Virus record (IMG/VR): IMGVR_UViG_2974684452_000001
Location: 1,828 to 65,827 of that record
Direction: 5' to 3' (one strand)
DNA length: 64,000 nt
From: a virus
The translations under genes were made by a program, and so were the position numbers. Of the stretch, positions 7,503 through 17,167 are shown one piece after another (the stretch's first letter is position 1; every line of letters begins with the position of its first letter). Under the pieces are notes generated by a model. That model searched no databases. It was not told the DNA's origin and saw only the letters and a program-made list of their open reading frames with translations.

Positions 7503-9979
7503 TGTTCCCCGAGCCGGGCGAAGCTCTCAACCGGACGATCGAGGCCGAAGCCGCCCTGACCGATCTCTACGCCGAGGCCTTGAATCAGTGGGTCACTCGG
7601 ACTGAGCCGTTCGTGATTCCGAGCCTGGTAGCTGCGACACTCCCGCCGGACCCTGATGCGGTGGCTGAGACGTCGGGGGTCTGGGATCAGCTTTCAGAGG
7701 AGCTGATCCTAGCTGGCATGTCTACTATCTTCGCGCTTTCGGTTTATGAGGCTGCATCGGCGCTGGGAGTTGAGTTGCCGTCGGCGCGTCTTGGCGCGTC
7801 GGGAGACACCCCTCCGCAGCCGGTCATCGACTCGATCCGGCGCACGACCGGGGTCACCGATGACGAGATCATCAGCGCATATCGGGCCGTGACGACCGAC
7901 CCGACGCTCAGTCAGGCCTCCGCCGACGTCATCGACAGCCAGCGCGAGGTCGTGGCCGCGACGCCGGGCATCGTGCGCGACAAGCTCGAAGCGGCGATGG
8001 AAGATTCGATCCGTGATGCCCCGGCTCCGACCGAGCAGCCGACGGTCACCGTGGTGCTCGACCGGCAGCGCCAGGCCGTGGCGGCGGCGTTGCAGCCGGG
8101 CAGTGCGGCGGTGCGCGACGTCGCTCGGTATCAGGGCTACCAGGCGGCAGGCATTCAGAACGCGGCGGTGGTGCAGGCGGCGGCGCTGAGCGAGGACGCG
8201 CCAGACCTCCACAAGGTCTGGATCGCCACGATTGACTCGAAGACGCGACCGACCCACTTCGCCGCCGACGGGCAGCGCGCACCCCTGGCCGGTAGTTTCA
8301 CCGTAGGCGGGACGCACCTCGCGTTCCCGGCTGACCCGACCGGCCCGGCGGCGGAGGTCAAGAACTGCCGCTGCCGCGTTGGCATCCTGGCTGCGGACGA
8401 GGAGTTGCCTGGTGACGTCGACCGTCACACCGAACGCCTCAGTGGCCGTGACGCGACCGCGCGCAACCGGGTCGGGTCGCAGGAGGACGAGATCGAGCGC
8501 CGGGCCGACCGTGGCACGGTGCGCGCCCGCGACGACGAAGACGGGATCGGCAGGACTGCTGCCGGTTCTCCGAGTGAGGAGCAGGACATGACCGTGAAGG
8601 TGACCGAGCAGGGCGGCACGACCGCCGTGGTGACCGCTGCCGCCGACGATGACGACGACAACGAGACCGGCGAGACCTTCCGCACCTTTACCGACGCGGT
8701 GCTGGCGCTGCTGGACGTTTCGACGTCGGACGATCGCATGATCGCCAGCGACGCCGAACTGAGCTACCGCTCGTTCCCGCACCCGCTGATGTGGATGCAG
8801 CAAACGGGCAGCGGCTATGGCGGTCACACCGAGGCGTACACCGTTGGCGCCATCGAGTCTGCCGAGGTCAAGGACGGTAAGATCGTCGGCTCCGGCTACC
8901 TGCTCAACACTCCCGAAGCCGACCTCGCAGCAAACGAGTTGGCGCACCAGGTCACCGGCCCGTCGGTCGATCTGGCCCAGACGCAGTGGAAGCTCACTGA
9001 CGAGGACGGCAAGGAGATCAGCGAGGAGGAATGGTGGGATTTGCCGATCGACGCCAAGGTCATCCAGTGCATCACCGCCGCCGAACTGATCGGCACGACC
9101 CTGGTCGCCAAGCCCGCCTTCGGCGACACCTCGATCACGCTCAACGCCGAGCGCGAGAGCCGGGACATCGCCGTCGTCGCCAGCGCCGCTGAGGAGTTCC
9201 GCCCGCGCGTCTACCCGGCGTCGATGTTCGCCGCGCCGGGCCTGACCGAGCCGACCCTGCCGACGATGGACCCCGAGACCGGGCGCATCTTCGGTCACCT
9301 GGCGTGCTTCGGCGCGTGCCACCGGTCGATCCAGTCCAAGTGCGTCATGGCACCGAAGTCGAAGACCGACTACGCCCACTTCCACACCAGCCCGGCAGTG
9401 CGGCTGGACGATGGACGGTCGCTGCCGGTCGGTCGGCTCACCGTCGGCACCGGCCACGCGCCCGACAGCTACAGCGGCGCTCCGGCCAAGGCGCACTACG
9501 ACAACACCGGCGCGTGCTTCGCCCTGGTGCGGGTCTACGAGACCGAAGTCGGCATCGAGTTCAGCGGTGTCGCGCACCCGCAGGCGACCGCCGACCAGAT
9601 CGAGGCGGGCATCACCGCCCCGCTGAGCGGCGACTGGCGCGACTTCGGCCAGGGTCTCGAACTGATTGCCGCCCTGGCGGTCAACACCCCCGGCTTCGCC
9701 GCGCGTGGCCGCGACGACGCTCAGGGTCGCCCCGTCGCCCTGGTCGCCAGCCTGGGTCCGGCACCGGAGTCCTCGACGCAGGGGCGGGCGGCTGCTGCGC
9801 TCAGCGCCGAGACCATCGGCGACATCGTGGAGCGCGCAGTGTCGGGTGCGCTGAGCAAGCAGGCCCGCGACACCGAGGCGGCTGCCCTGCTGGCTGCAGG
9901 CCGGGAGAAGGCTGGCCCGCCGCCGGAGCCGAAGTCGGCACGCGAGGTCGTGGGCGACCTGCTGGCGCGGGTCCGCTGA
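7502..9979 (+). CDS. MuF-like minor head / capsid maturation protease fusion
   Basis: KVWIATIDSKTRPTH...PADPTGPAAEVKNCRC is a MuF signature; the C-terminal half (RIFGHLA, LSGDWR) is protease-like by position. Confidence 0.8.
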   Translation: MFPEPGEALNRTIEAEAALTDLYAEALNQWVTRTEPFVIPSLVAATLPPDPDAVAETSGVWDQLSEELILAGMSTIFALSVYEAASALGVELPSARLGASGDTPPQPVIDSIRRTTGVTDDEIISAYRAVTTDPTLSQASADVIDSQREVVAATPGIVRDKLEAAMEDSIRDAPAPTEQPTVTVVLDRQRQAVAAALQPGSAAVRDVARYQGYQAAGIQNAAVVQAAALSEDAPDLHKVWIATIDSKTRPTHFAADGQRAPLAGSFTVGGTHLAFPADPTGPAAEVKNCRCRVGILAADEELPGDVDRHTERLSGRDATARNRVGSQEDEIERRADRGTVRARDDEDGIGRTAAGSPSEEQDMTVKVTEQGGTTAVVTAAADDDDDNETGETFRTFTDAVLALLDVSTSDDRMIASDAELSYRSFPHPLMWMQQTGSGYGGHTEAYTVGAIESAEVKDGKIVGSGYLLNTPEADLAANELAHQVTGPSVDLAQTQWKLTDEDGKEISEEEWWDLPIDAKVIQCITAAELIGTTLVAKPAFGDTSITLNAERESRDIAVVASAAEEFRPRVYPASMFAAPGLTEPTLPTMDPETGRIFGHLACFGACHRSIQSKCVMAPKSKTDYAHFHTSPAVRLDDGRSLPVGRLTVGTGHAPDSYSGAPAKAHYDNTGACFALVRVYETEVGIEFSGVAHPQATADQIEAGITAPLSGDWRDFGQGLELIAALAVNTPGFAARGRDDAQGRPVALVASLGPAPESSTQGRAAAALSAETIGDIVERAVSGALSKQARDTEAAALLAAGREKAGPPPEPKSAREVVGDLLARVR

Positions 9980-10200
9980 TGGGCTGCCGGTGCGGTGGCG
10001 GCGCGGCGGGCGCGTCGGCCAAGAGCGACATCATCGGGTACCGCGCGTACCTGCCCGACGGCACGGTCCAGCCTCCGCTGGCCGAGCCGCCGTTCTTCTC
10101 GTACCGCGAGGCGCACACTGAGGTGCTTCTCGCAGGTGGGGGCACTACGCGGGCGGTGCGCAACAGTGATGATCAGACCGCCACGGCGGCTGCCGGATAA
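9979..10200 (+). CDS. Small head-region hypothetical protein (MGCRCGGG...)
   Basis: ATG overlaps the upstream TGA; 73 aa. Confidence 0.6.
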   Translation: MGCRCGGGAAGASAKSDIIGYRAYLPDGTVQPPLAEPPFFSYREAHTEVLLAGGGTTRAVRNSDDQTATAAAG

Positions 10201-10317
10201 GGGTCTGCACGGCGCTCGTCTACGTTTCACAGCAGAGAGTTCCTGATCTGCGCTATGTGCCGGGGAGCGATCGCCGCAAGCATGACCACACGTTCGATCC
10301 AGAACTAGGAGATCGCA

Positions 10318-12159
10318 GTGACGACCATCCAGAAGCCGATCGCGCGGCACCGCGTGTTCAGCGTCAACTACGTGGGCCAGTTCACCGCCGCCGTCGGCTT
10401 CCAGATGCCGGAGACCCTGCCGGAGACCGTTGCCGAACTGGACGTGCTGCTCGAAGCCGCACGCGCCGAGGTGCACGTCTACGAGGCCCAGCACGCCGCC
10501 GGTCGCGACCTGTCGCCCGAGGACGTCGAGGCGCTTCGCAGCCTGGTCGGGGAGGGCGGTGCGCTCGACACGATCACCGCTGCCCGCGACGCGGCTGCCG
10601 CCGCCGAGGCCAACCACAGCGCCGAGGTCGGCGACCTGCTGGCCCGCGCGGCTGCATCGTCCGGCACCCCCGGCGGCGACGCTCCCGAGGGCGGAGATGC
10701 CCCCGAGGGCGGCACGGTCGACCCGGCTGACGCGCCGGAAGGCGGCGACGCTCCCGAAGGCGGAGACGCGCCCGAGGGTGGCAGCGTGACTGCCGGTGCC
10801 CCGGCGGGCAACGGCCAGCCGGTGCGCTTCACCGGACGGGGCGGCGCTGACGTCATCCCCGGCCATGAGGCGTCGACCAGCCAGCCCGGCTGGAACATGC
10901 ACCCCGGTGCCCCCGGCTACCGCGAGGGCATGGGCCACGTCGGCTTCGGCGAGATCGCCCGCAGCCTGGACCGCATTCGTCCCGGCAGCCGCGCTTCGAT
11001 GCGGCCCAACCGGAGCAACAAGATGATGGACGGCATGGAGTTCGCCCGTCAGGTGGTCTCCACGCTGGAACGCGACGTGCCGACGGTCGATGACCCGCAC
11101 GCCCTGGTCGCGGCCATCAACGAGGCGACCAAGGCGTCCAACCTCACCCGCCCGCAGTTCGATGAGCAGACTGGATCGCTCACGGCTGCCGGTGGCTGGT
11201 GCGCCCCGTCGGAGCAGCTGTACGACTTCTGCGACGTGCCGGACGCGACCGACCTGGTGAGCCTGCCGGAGATCACCATCAACCGTGGTGGCGTCCGCTG
11301 GCCCGTCGAGCCGGACCTGTCGGGCATCTTCGAGGACTTCGAGTGGTTCTTCACCGAGGTCCAGCTGGAAGCCACCGACGCCGAGGGTCGCCCGACCGCC
11401 GTCAAGCAGTGCGTCGAGGTGCCCTGCACCGACGAGTTCGAGGAAATCCGCCTCAACGCCGTCGGCTGGTGCGTCGAGGCGGGCATCCTGCAGGTGCAGG
11501 GCTGGCCGGAACTGGTCGAGTGGTTCATGCGCAACCTCACGCAGGAGCACCTGCGTGCGCTGTCGCGCCGGACCATCCTCGACATGGTGGCCGGGTCGAC
11601 CAAGATCACCATCCCCGCCACCAGCACGATCGGTGCGATGGCGTCGGTGCTCAACTCGATCTCGCTGGTCGCGACCAACCTCCGCCTCAAGCGGGGTCTG
11701 TCGCGCACCGCCGTGATCGAGGGCGTCGCCCCGTCCTGGTTCCATGAGGTCATCCGCGCCGACATCGCCATGCGCGCTGGCGGGGTCGAGGTCTTCTCGA
11801 TCACCGACGCGCAGATCGACGCCGCGCTGGCTGCCCGCAACATTCGCCTGCAGTACGTGGGCGATTGGCAGACCCGCGCCGCCGACCTGCCCGGCAACCT
11901 CGCCACCACGACCTGGCCCGATCAGGTCAAGGTGCTGATGTACCCGGCGGGCACCTGGTTCCGGTCGATGAGCAACGTCATCGAACTCGGCGTCATGTAC
12001 CCGAAGGAGCAGCTGCAGATCAACCGCTTCACCCGCATGTTCACCGAGGACGCGATCGCGGTGGGCAAGCGGTGCGGCGAGTCGGTCGAGGTCACCCTGA
12101 CCCTGGACGTGTCCGGTGCTACCGGCCAGGCCCAGCGTCGGACCAACCTCGCCGCGTAA
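10318..12159 (+). CDS. Major capsid (hexamer) protein with long N-terminal scaffold-like extension
   Basis: GTG after AGGAG; LTAAGGWCAPSEQLYD and LPEITINRGG motifs; position after the protease. Confidence 0.85.
   Translation: MTTIQKPIARHRVFSVNYVGQFTAAVGFQMPETLPETVAELDVLLEAARAEVHVYEAQHAAGRDLSPEDVEALRSLVGEGGALDTITAARDAAAAAEANHSAEVGDLLARAAASSGTPGGDAPEGGDAPEGGTVDPADAPEGGDAPEGGDAPEGGSVTAGAPAGNGQPVRFTGRGGADVIPGHEASTSQPGWNMHPGAPGYREGMGHVGFGEIARSLDRIRPGSRASMRPNRSNKMMDGMEFARQVVSTLERDVPTVDDPHALVAAINEATKASNLTRPQFDEQTGSLTAAGGWCAPSEQLYDFCDVPDATDLVSLPEITINRGGVRWPVEPDLSGIFEDFEWFFTEVQLEATDAEGRPTAVKQCVEVPCTDEFEEIRLNAVGWCVEAGILQVQGWPELVEWFMRNLTQEHLRALSRRTILDMVAGSTKITIPATSTIGAMASVLNSISLVATNLRLKRGLSRTAVIEGVAPSWFHEVIRADIAMRAGGVEVFSITDAQIDAALAARNIRLQYVGDWQTRAADLPGNLATTTWPDQVKVLMYPAGTWFRSMSNVIELGVMYPKEQLQINRFTRMFTEDAIAVGKRCGESVEVTLTLDVSGATGQAQRRTNLAA
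10672..10780 (+). repeat. In-frame 18-nt repeats encoding GGDAPE units
   Basis: GGDAPEGGDAPEGGTVDPADAPEGGDAPEGGDAPEGG. Confidence 0.85.
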
Positions 12160-12181
12160 GGTCCAGCGCTAACAGCAGACT

Positions 12182-12230
12182 GAGGGCGGAAGTCGTGAGC
12201 AACCCGAGGCCGCTCACGGCTTCCGCCCTC
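12182..12230 (+). terminator. 19-bp stem-loop without U-tract between the two capsid genes (attenuator or RNA-stabilising hairpin)
   Basis: GAGGGCGGAAGTCGTGAGC / GCTCACGGCTTCCGCCCTC, one G-U pair, 11-nt loop. Confidence 0.65.
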
Positions 12231-12259
12231 GCTGCATCCACACCTGGGAGGATGAGGGC

Positions 12260-13069
12260 ATGACCGCCGCGCTGACCAAGCTGCTGCCGATCCCGTTCGA
12301 GCCGCCGCTGCAAAACCCCAGCCCGTATGGGCTGTTCGCCGCGACCGACTGGCAGCGGCCCGCCGACGTCGGCGACTCGTCCGAGGGCGACGCGGTGCGT
12401 CACCTCAACGGCGTGCGTTTCCGGCAGGTCGGCAACTACGGCGGCGAGGGCCAGTTCGGCATCTGGCCGAACGACTCCTGTGGCACCGGCAAGGAACCCG
12501 CCCCCGGCCAGCGCAAGGAGGGTCTGCGGCCCGGCGACGATGACCTTGAGTTCGATTCGGTCACGCTCTGGGCCTACGACGAGTGCGACCTGACCGAGCC
12601 GAGCCGCGCCGAGGTGCGTGCTCGCGCTGCTCAGGTGCTGCGCTTGGAGGAGCAGGTTGCGATGGAGCGCGAACTGGCCGACCGGATGCTGCAGGACGCG
12701 GGCACCGTCGACCAGACCGCTGCCAGCCTCAAGCTCGCCGTCGGCTACCTCGAAGGCGCACTGGCCCTGACCAGCACGCTCGCGTACTTCCACGTCGGTG
12801 CGCAGTGGGTCAGCCAGGAGTTCGGCCTGTTCATCAAGAGCGGCACCACCTTCAAGTCGCCGCTGGGCCACACCTGGGTGATCGGCGGCGGCTACGTCGA
12901 TGGCCTCGAAAACATCATCGTCGCCACCAGTCCCGTCTACGGCTGGCGCGACGAGCCGACCGTGCGCGACGCGATCAACGAGCGCGAGAACACCTTCGCC
13001 GCAGTGGCGGAGCGTACTGTCCTGGTCGGCTACGAGCAGTTGATCGCCGCCGTCGAGATCACCACGTAA
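12260..13069 (+). CDS. Second capsid protein (probable pentamer/penton protein)
   Basis: Follows the major capsid gene; synteny with the hexamer/pentamer pair recalled for cluster B phage Rosebush. Confidence 0.6.
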   Translation: MTAALTKLLPIPFEPPLQNPSPYGLFAATDWQRPADVGDSSEGDAVRHLNGVRFRQVGNYGGEGQFGIWPNDSCGTGKEPAPGQRKEGLRPGDDDLEFDSVTLWAYDECDLTEPSRAEVRARAAQVLRLEEQVAMERELADRMLQDAGTVDQTAASLKLAVGYLEGALALTSTLAYFHVGAQWVSQEFGLFIKSGTTFKSPLGHTWVIGGGYVDGLENIIVATSPVYGWRDEPTVRDAINERENTFAAVAERTVLVGYEQLIAAVEITT

Positions 13070-13082
13070 CGAGGAGAGACCC

Positions 13083-13958
13083 ATGCCCGAAGGAATCGTC
13101 GCCACCGTCGAGGATGGCTACGCGACTCTGGACTTCGTGGACGTCACGAAGCGCGGCCCGGCGCTGCAGGCGCTGATCGAACTGGCCGGACCCGACAGCA
13201 TCGAAACCATCACTCGCCGTGGCCCTCGTCGCCAGTACCGGGTGCTGGTGGACAACGCCGACGCCGTGGGCCTGCTGGACGGCGACGAGGTGGCTCGACC
13301 CCGCAGTGCGGGCAACGACTCCGGCGCGCGTGACGCGCTGGTCGCCGCCGACCCGAACGTCAACCCCGGCGAGGACAACGCGAACTGGCACCAGCAGACG
13401 ACCGAGGTGGGCACGCGCAACACCTACGTCGGTGCGACGACCAGCGCCGAGGAGCGGGCCATGACCCCGCCCCGGTTCACTGGCACTGCCACGCCGTTCG
13501 GCGGGTCCAGCGCCGCCGACACCCCGACCCACGCCGAGGTGATCGAGCACGTCAAGGGCCACCGGGTCACCCCGTCGCAGTGGGCCGACCCGACCGACCT
13601 GGAACACTCCGGCGCGGCGGCGAACCTGCGGCTGGCGTCGATCCAGAGCGTCGAGAGCACCGACCCGCAGGGCGCGACCATCCTGCCCGGCGACAAGGTG
13701 GCCCTGGCGACGACTGAGGAGCCGGTGGACGACGGCGAGACCGACACCGGCGCTGGCGCTTCGGAGCCGCTGCCGGTCGAGACCACGACTGGCGATCGCG
13801 GCCCGCGCCCCGACGGCCTGCCCGAGGGTGAGCCGAACGCCGACTGGCTGCGGCCTCAGCTTGAGACCTACGCGACGTGGATCGGGCTGGACAACCCCAG
13901 CGGGTACCCCAACAAGACCGAGCTTTTGACCGCCATCGAGAACAAGGAGCAGTCGTAA
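13083..13958 (+). CDS. Head-associated protein with a C-terminal small helical (HeH/Rho-N-like) motif
   Basis: Good RBS; acidic linker; ends EPNADWLRPQLETYATWIGLDNPSGYPNKTELLTAI. Confidence 0.6.
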   Translation: MPEGIVATVEDGYATLDFVDVTKRGPALQALIELAGPDSIETITRRGPRRQYRVLVDNADAVGLLDGDEVARPRSAGNDSGARDALVAADPNVNPGEDNANWHQQTTEVGTRNTYVGATTSAEERAMTPPRFTGTATPFGGSSAADTPTHAEVIEHVKGHRVTPSQWADPTDLEHSGAAANLRLASIQSVESTDPQGATILPGDKVALATTEEPVDDGETDTGAGASEPLPVETTTGDRGPRPDGLPEGEPNADWLRPQLETYATWIGLDNPSGYPNKTELLTAIENKEQS

Positions 13959-14004
13959 TGACCGGTAATGCCTTCGGGCGTCGCTCGCTGCTCCGGCAGC
14001 GGCG

Positions 14005-14373
14005 GTGACGAGTCCGTGGGACGGACCACGCCATCGGTCCTGGGCGTCGAACACGGTCATTACCGCGATCGTGCTCGTCGTCGTCGTGGTGTGCACCGTC
14101 ATTACTGACGTGATCGGCGAGCCGCCGACATACCTGGTGGGACTGCTGGGTACCGCCGCCGGTGCGTTCTTCACGGCGCTCGGGTCCGACAAGGGCAAGC
14201 GGGAGGCCGACGTGCGGGAGACCGCCGACCGGGCTGACGCGACGTCAAACCGAGCCGAGACCAAGGCCGATGCGGCGTTGCATGTGGCGGAGGGCGAGCA
14301 TCCTGAGTCTGCTGCTCGCGCGGAAAGCCAGCGCGGGCTGGACCCTCCGGCGTCGTCGGGAGGCGCATCGTGA
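14005..14373 (+). CDS. Membrane protein (two TM helices, charged tail; holin-like topology)
   Basis: VITAIVLVVVVVCTVI and YLVGLLGTAAGAFF hydrophobic segments. Confidence 0.65.
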   Translation: MTSPWDGPRHRSWASNTVITAIVLVVVVVCTVITDVIGEPPTYLVGLLGTAAGAFFTALGSDKGKREADVRETADRADATSNRAETKADAALHVAEGEHPESAARAESQRGLDPPASSGGAS

Positions 14374-14963
14374 GCCATCTGCTCAGCGTCATCTGGTCGT
14401 GGGCGTTCGTCGCGGGCCTGGCCTTCGGCGCGCTCGGAATGCGTCTCTACCTGCACGCGAAGTGCCGCTGGGACGACCGGCGTCACCCGCTGCCGGGCGG
14501 GGCGACCCACAAGGTGCCCCCGTTCGCGCGCAACTGGTTCGGCGGGCTGTGCGGCGTCGCGGTCGTGGTCTACATCTTGGCCCAGACTCAGCAGACCCAC
14601 GACGAAACCGTTGCGCTCACTGAGCGTTTCGGTCGCTGCACCAGCGACCTCATCGTGGCGATCGACAACCGGGGCAACATCAGCACCGGGCGTGACGATC
14701 TCAGCGAGGAGCAGCGCGTCATCTTCAACACGATCGACGCGCACACCGCGACGCTGATCCGACTGGTGCTCAACCCGCCACCGGAGGTGGTGAACCTGTC
14801 GCCGGAGCAGCGCCGGGCCTGGGCCGCGAACGTCGAGTCGGACTACAACACCGCGACCGCCCCGTTGCGGGCACGGTCGGACGAGATCGACCGGCAGGTG
14901 AGCGCACTGCGCAAGGCGCGTGAGGCCTCCCAGCTGCCCTCCCCGCGCTGCGACGGCAACTGA
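14370..14963 (+). CDS. Membrane protein with C-terminal helical domain
   Basis: Two hydrophobic segments, then a coiled-coil-like region; GTGA overlap with the upstream gene. Confidence 0.65.
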   Translation: MSHLLSVIWSWAFVAGLAFGALGMRLYLHAKCRWDDRRHPLPGGATHKVPPFARNWFGGLCGVAVVVYILAQTQQTHDETVALTERFGRCTSDLIVAIDNRGNISTGRDDLSEEQRVIFNTIDAHTATLIRLVLNPPPEVVNLSPEQRRAWAANVESDYNTATAPLRARSDEIDRQVSALRKAREASQLPSPRCDGN

Positions 14964-15048
14964 CCTGCACGGCGGGTCGATACGGTAGTGACAGCCTCGG
15001 AGACCGACTCGGCGCGGCTGCGCCAATGAACCAGGAGGAGCAGGTCAT

Positions 15049-15852
15049 ATGACGACCTTCCCGCTCGTCAAGGGCACGCGGCTCCGCGCCACCAAGGTGG
15101 ACAGCTGCGGCAAGCCGATCGCCGGTGCGCGAAATCGACTCGTCACTGCCGGATTCGTGTCGCTGGGCCTGACCGCTGTGATGCGGGAAGCCACCGACCT
15201 CACGCAGGACAACGCCGAGGGCAAGGAGTGCTTCTCGGATCGGACCCCGCCTGAGCGGCGCTGGTACACCCCGGCGCTCGAACTCTGCAACGTGAACGTC
15301 GGTCTGATCACGATGTTCACCGGCTGGGAGAACCTGGTCGACGCCAGCGACGTCCCGAAGGTCATCGGCTTCCGCGACGACCGGAAGATCGAGTCCGACT
15401 ACGGCATTGCGCTCGAAGTCTGGACGTCGGGCAAGTCGGACGAGGACTGCGTGGACACGCCGACCGACGCGATGCTGACGCAGACCGGCAGCGGTCGCAG
15501 CTACGGCTACTTCCTGTTCGCCGGTACCGAGTGGACGCTCGGCGACATCACGATCGGTGCCAGCGTCGCCACGCTGACCCTGACCGGTCGCACGATCGCC
15601 ATGCCGCACTGGGGCAAGGGTCCGTACAACGTGCAGGCCGACGCCGACGGCAACGCGGTGCGTCTGCTGCAGACCACGACCAAGAAGGAGCACCTGACCG
15701 TGCTCCGCACGCCGATCGCTCCGCCGGAGCCGACGGCGGGCAACCAGCCGGTCGCGCTGGCGACGAGCACCGTCTTCACCGGCGAGAACTACTACTACTC
15801 CGGCCCGGCGGGCGCTGCCCCGATCGACGTCGCGCCTCCGCAGGCGGCGTAG
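15049..15852 (+). CDS. Major tail (tube) protein
   Basis: GTRLRATKVDSCG, NAEGKEC and LCNVN motifs recalled for actinophage tail tubes; strong RBS. Confidence 0.8.
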   Translation: MTTFPLVKGTRLRATKVDSCGKPIAGARNRLVTAGFVSLGLTAVMREATDLTQDNAEGKECFSDRTPPERRWYTPALELCNVNVGLITMFTGWENLVDASDVPKVIGFRDDRKIESDYGIALEVWTSGKSDEDCVDTPTDAMLTQTGSGRSYGYFLFAGTEWTLGDITIGASVATLTLTGRTIAMPHWGKGPYNVQADADGNAVRLLQTTTKKEHLTVLRTPIAPPEPTAGNQPVALATSTVFTGENYYYSGPAGAAPIDVAPPQAA

Positions 15853-15878
15853 TAACCTCGCTGGATCAGCGAAGCCGA

Positions 15879-15920
15879 TGCGACCCTCGCCCTCACCAGG
15901 GCGGGGGTCGCACTCGTTTG
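15879..15920 (+). terminator. Intrinsic terminator after the major tail gene
   Basis: 15-bp stem TGCGACCCTCGCCCT-CACC-AGGGCGGGGGTCGCA followed by CTCGTTTG. Confidence 0.7.
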
Positions 15921-15935
15921 AGATAGCCTGAGCGC

Positions 15936-16667
15936 GTGAGCTTCAACTGGCCGGTCGACCGCACCGGGCTGCCGTCGGTCGGTGAGCCGCCTGACGAGGC
16001 CAAGGTGCTCGAACGTGAGGGCGCAGTCGCACTGGCGGTCTCGATCCTGTGGGCGCTGTCGGGTCGCCAGTTCGGCACCGTCACCACGACCGCCCGCCCC
16101 TGCCGGGTGCCGCTGCATAGCGAGTACCGGGGCAGCGTCGCCGTCACCAGCTACGTGCTCAGCTGGGAGGGCGACCGGTGGCTGAGCTTCCCCTGCGGGT
16201 GCGGGAACCGGTGTCGCGCTGCCGGGCCGAACGTCGTGCATCTGCCCGGCCCGGTCGCCAGCGTCACCGAGGTGAAGATCGCGGGCGTGGTCGTGCCGTC
16301 GAACGTCTGGGCCGTCGAGGGCGACCTGCTCTACCGGCGCGAGGGTCCGTGGCCTCCGCAGGACTTGAACCGTCCGGCGGGCGACGTCGGCACCTGGACT
16401 GTGACTTACGAGCGCGGTCTGCCGGTGCCCGACGGCATCGCTCAACTGACCGGCATTCTCGCCAAGGAGTTCGTGACCGCGATCAACAACAACGGCCAGT
16501 GCCGGTTGCCGCGCACGGTGACCACGGCCAGCCGTCAGGGCGTCACCTACCGCGCCTATGACCCGGCGGTGATCTACGCCAACGGCAAGACGGGCCTGCC
16601 CGAGGTCGACATGTGGCTGGCGACGGTCAACCCGCATCACATCATGGCCGCTCCGACGGTGCGCTGA
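15936..16667 (+). CDS. Head-to-tail adaptor
   Basis: LWALSGRQFG, ARPC, LPRTVTTASRQGV and GLPEVDMW; GTG 6 nt after TAGCCT. Confidence 0.7.
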   Translation: MSFNWPVDRTGLPSVGEPPDEAKVLEREGAVALAVSILWALSGRQFGTVTTTARPCRVPLHSEYRGSVAVTSYVLSWEGDRWLSFPCGCGNRCRAAGPNVVHLPGPVASVTEVKIAGVVVPSNVWAVEGDLLYRREGPWPPQDLNRPAGDVGTWTVTYERGLPVPDGIAQLTGILAKEFVTAINNNGQCRLPRTVTTASRQGVTYRAYDPAVIYANGKTGLPEVDMWLATVNPHHIMAAPTVR

Positions 16668-17158
16668 TGCCTGACCCCGCGATCGAAGTCGTCAGCGTCG
16701 TCATGGACGCCGTGGGCGAGGCCTTCGCCACGCCGACCGGCCCGGCACCGACGGTGCGGTTCTTTGCCGGTGACGGCCCGGCGCTGAGCGCCTGGGACAG
16801 CCACGCGAGCCAGGGCTGCGCTGAGCCGTTCATCTGGGTGCTCGCCAGCCGCCGGTACCGCAGCCAGACCTTCCCCGCGCCGTCGATCGACACCAACCCC
16901 TGCGGCCTGATCCGCGTGCTGCAGTTGCAGGTCGGCGTGGGCCGGTGCGTCAACGTCGATGAGATTCCCAACTGGTCGGCGATGGAGTCCGAAGCGGCAC
17001 GGTCGCTGGCGGACTCGTATGCGATCGAGCAGGCACTGTGCAGCGCGGCCAAGCACCTGGGCGACCTCGGGGCGCAGACCGGGGTCGACACTCTGCTGCC
17101 GTATGGTCCAGAGGGCGGCGTCACGGCGTGGACCGGCGTCATCTACGTGAGCTTGTGA
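16667..17158 (+). CDS. Tail terminator / neck protein (putative)
   Basis: ATG overlaps the upstream TGA; GPEGGVTAW motif; position. Confidence 0.55.
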   Translation: MPDPAIEVVSVVMDAVGEAFATPTGPAPTVRFFAGDGPALSAWDSHASQGCAEPFIWVLASRRYRSQTFPAPSIDTNPCGLIRVLQLQVGVGRCVNVDEIPNWSAMESEAARSLADSYAIEQALCSAAKHLGDLGAQTGVDTLLPYGPEGGVTAWTGVIYVSL

Positions 17159-17167
17159 GGAGCGATC

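Noticed and set aside
15853-15920. TAACCT box upstream of the terminator as a small-RNA promoter
   Set aside because: TAA is simply a second stop after TAG; there is no -35 box or other support.
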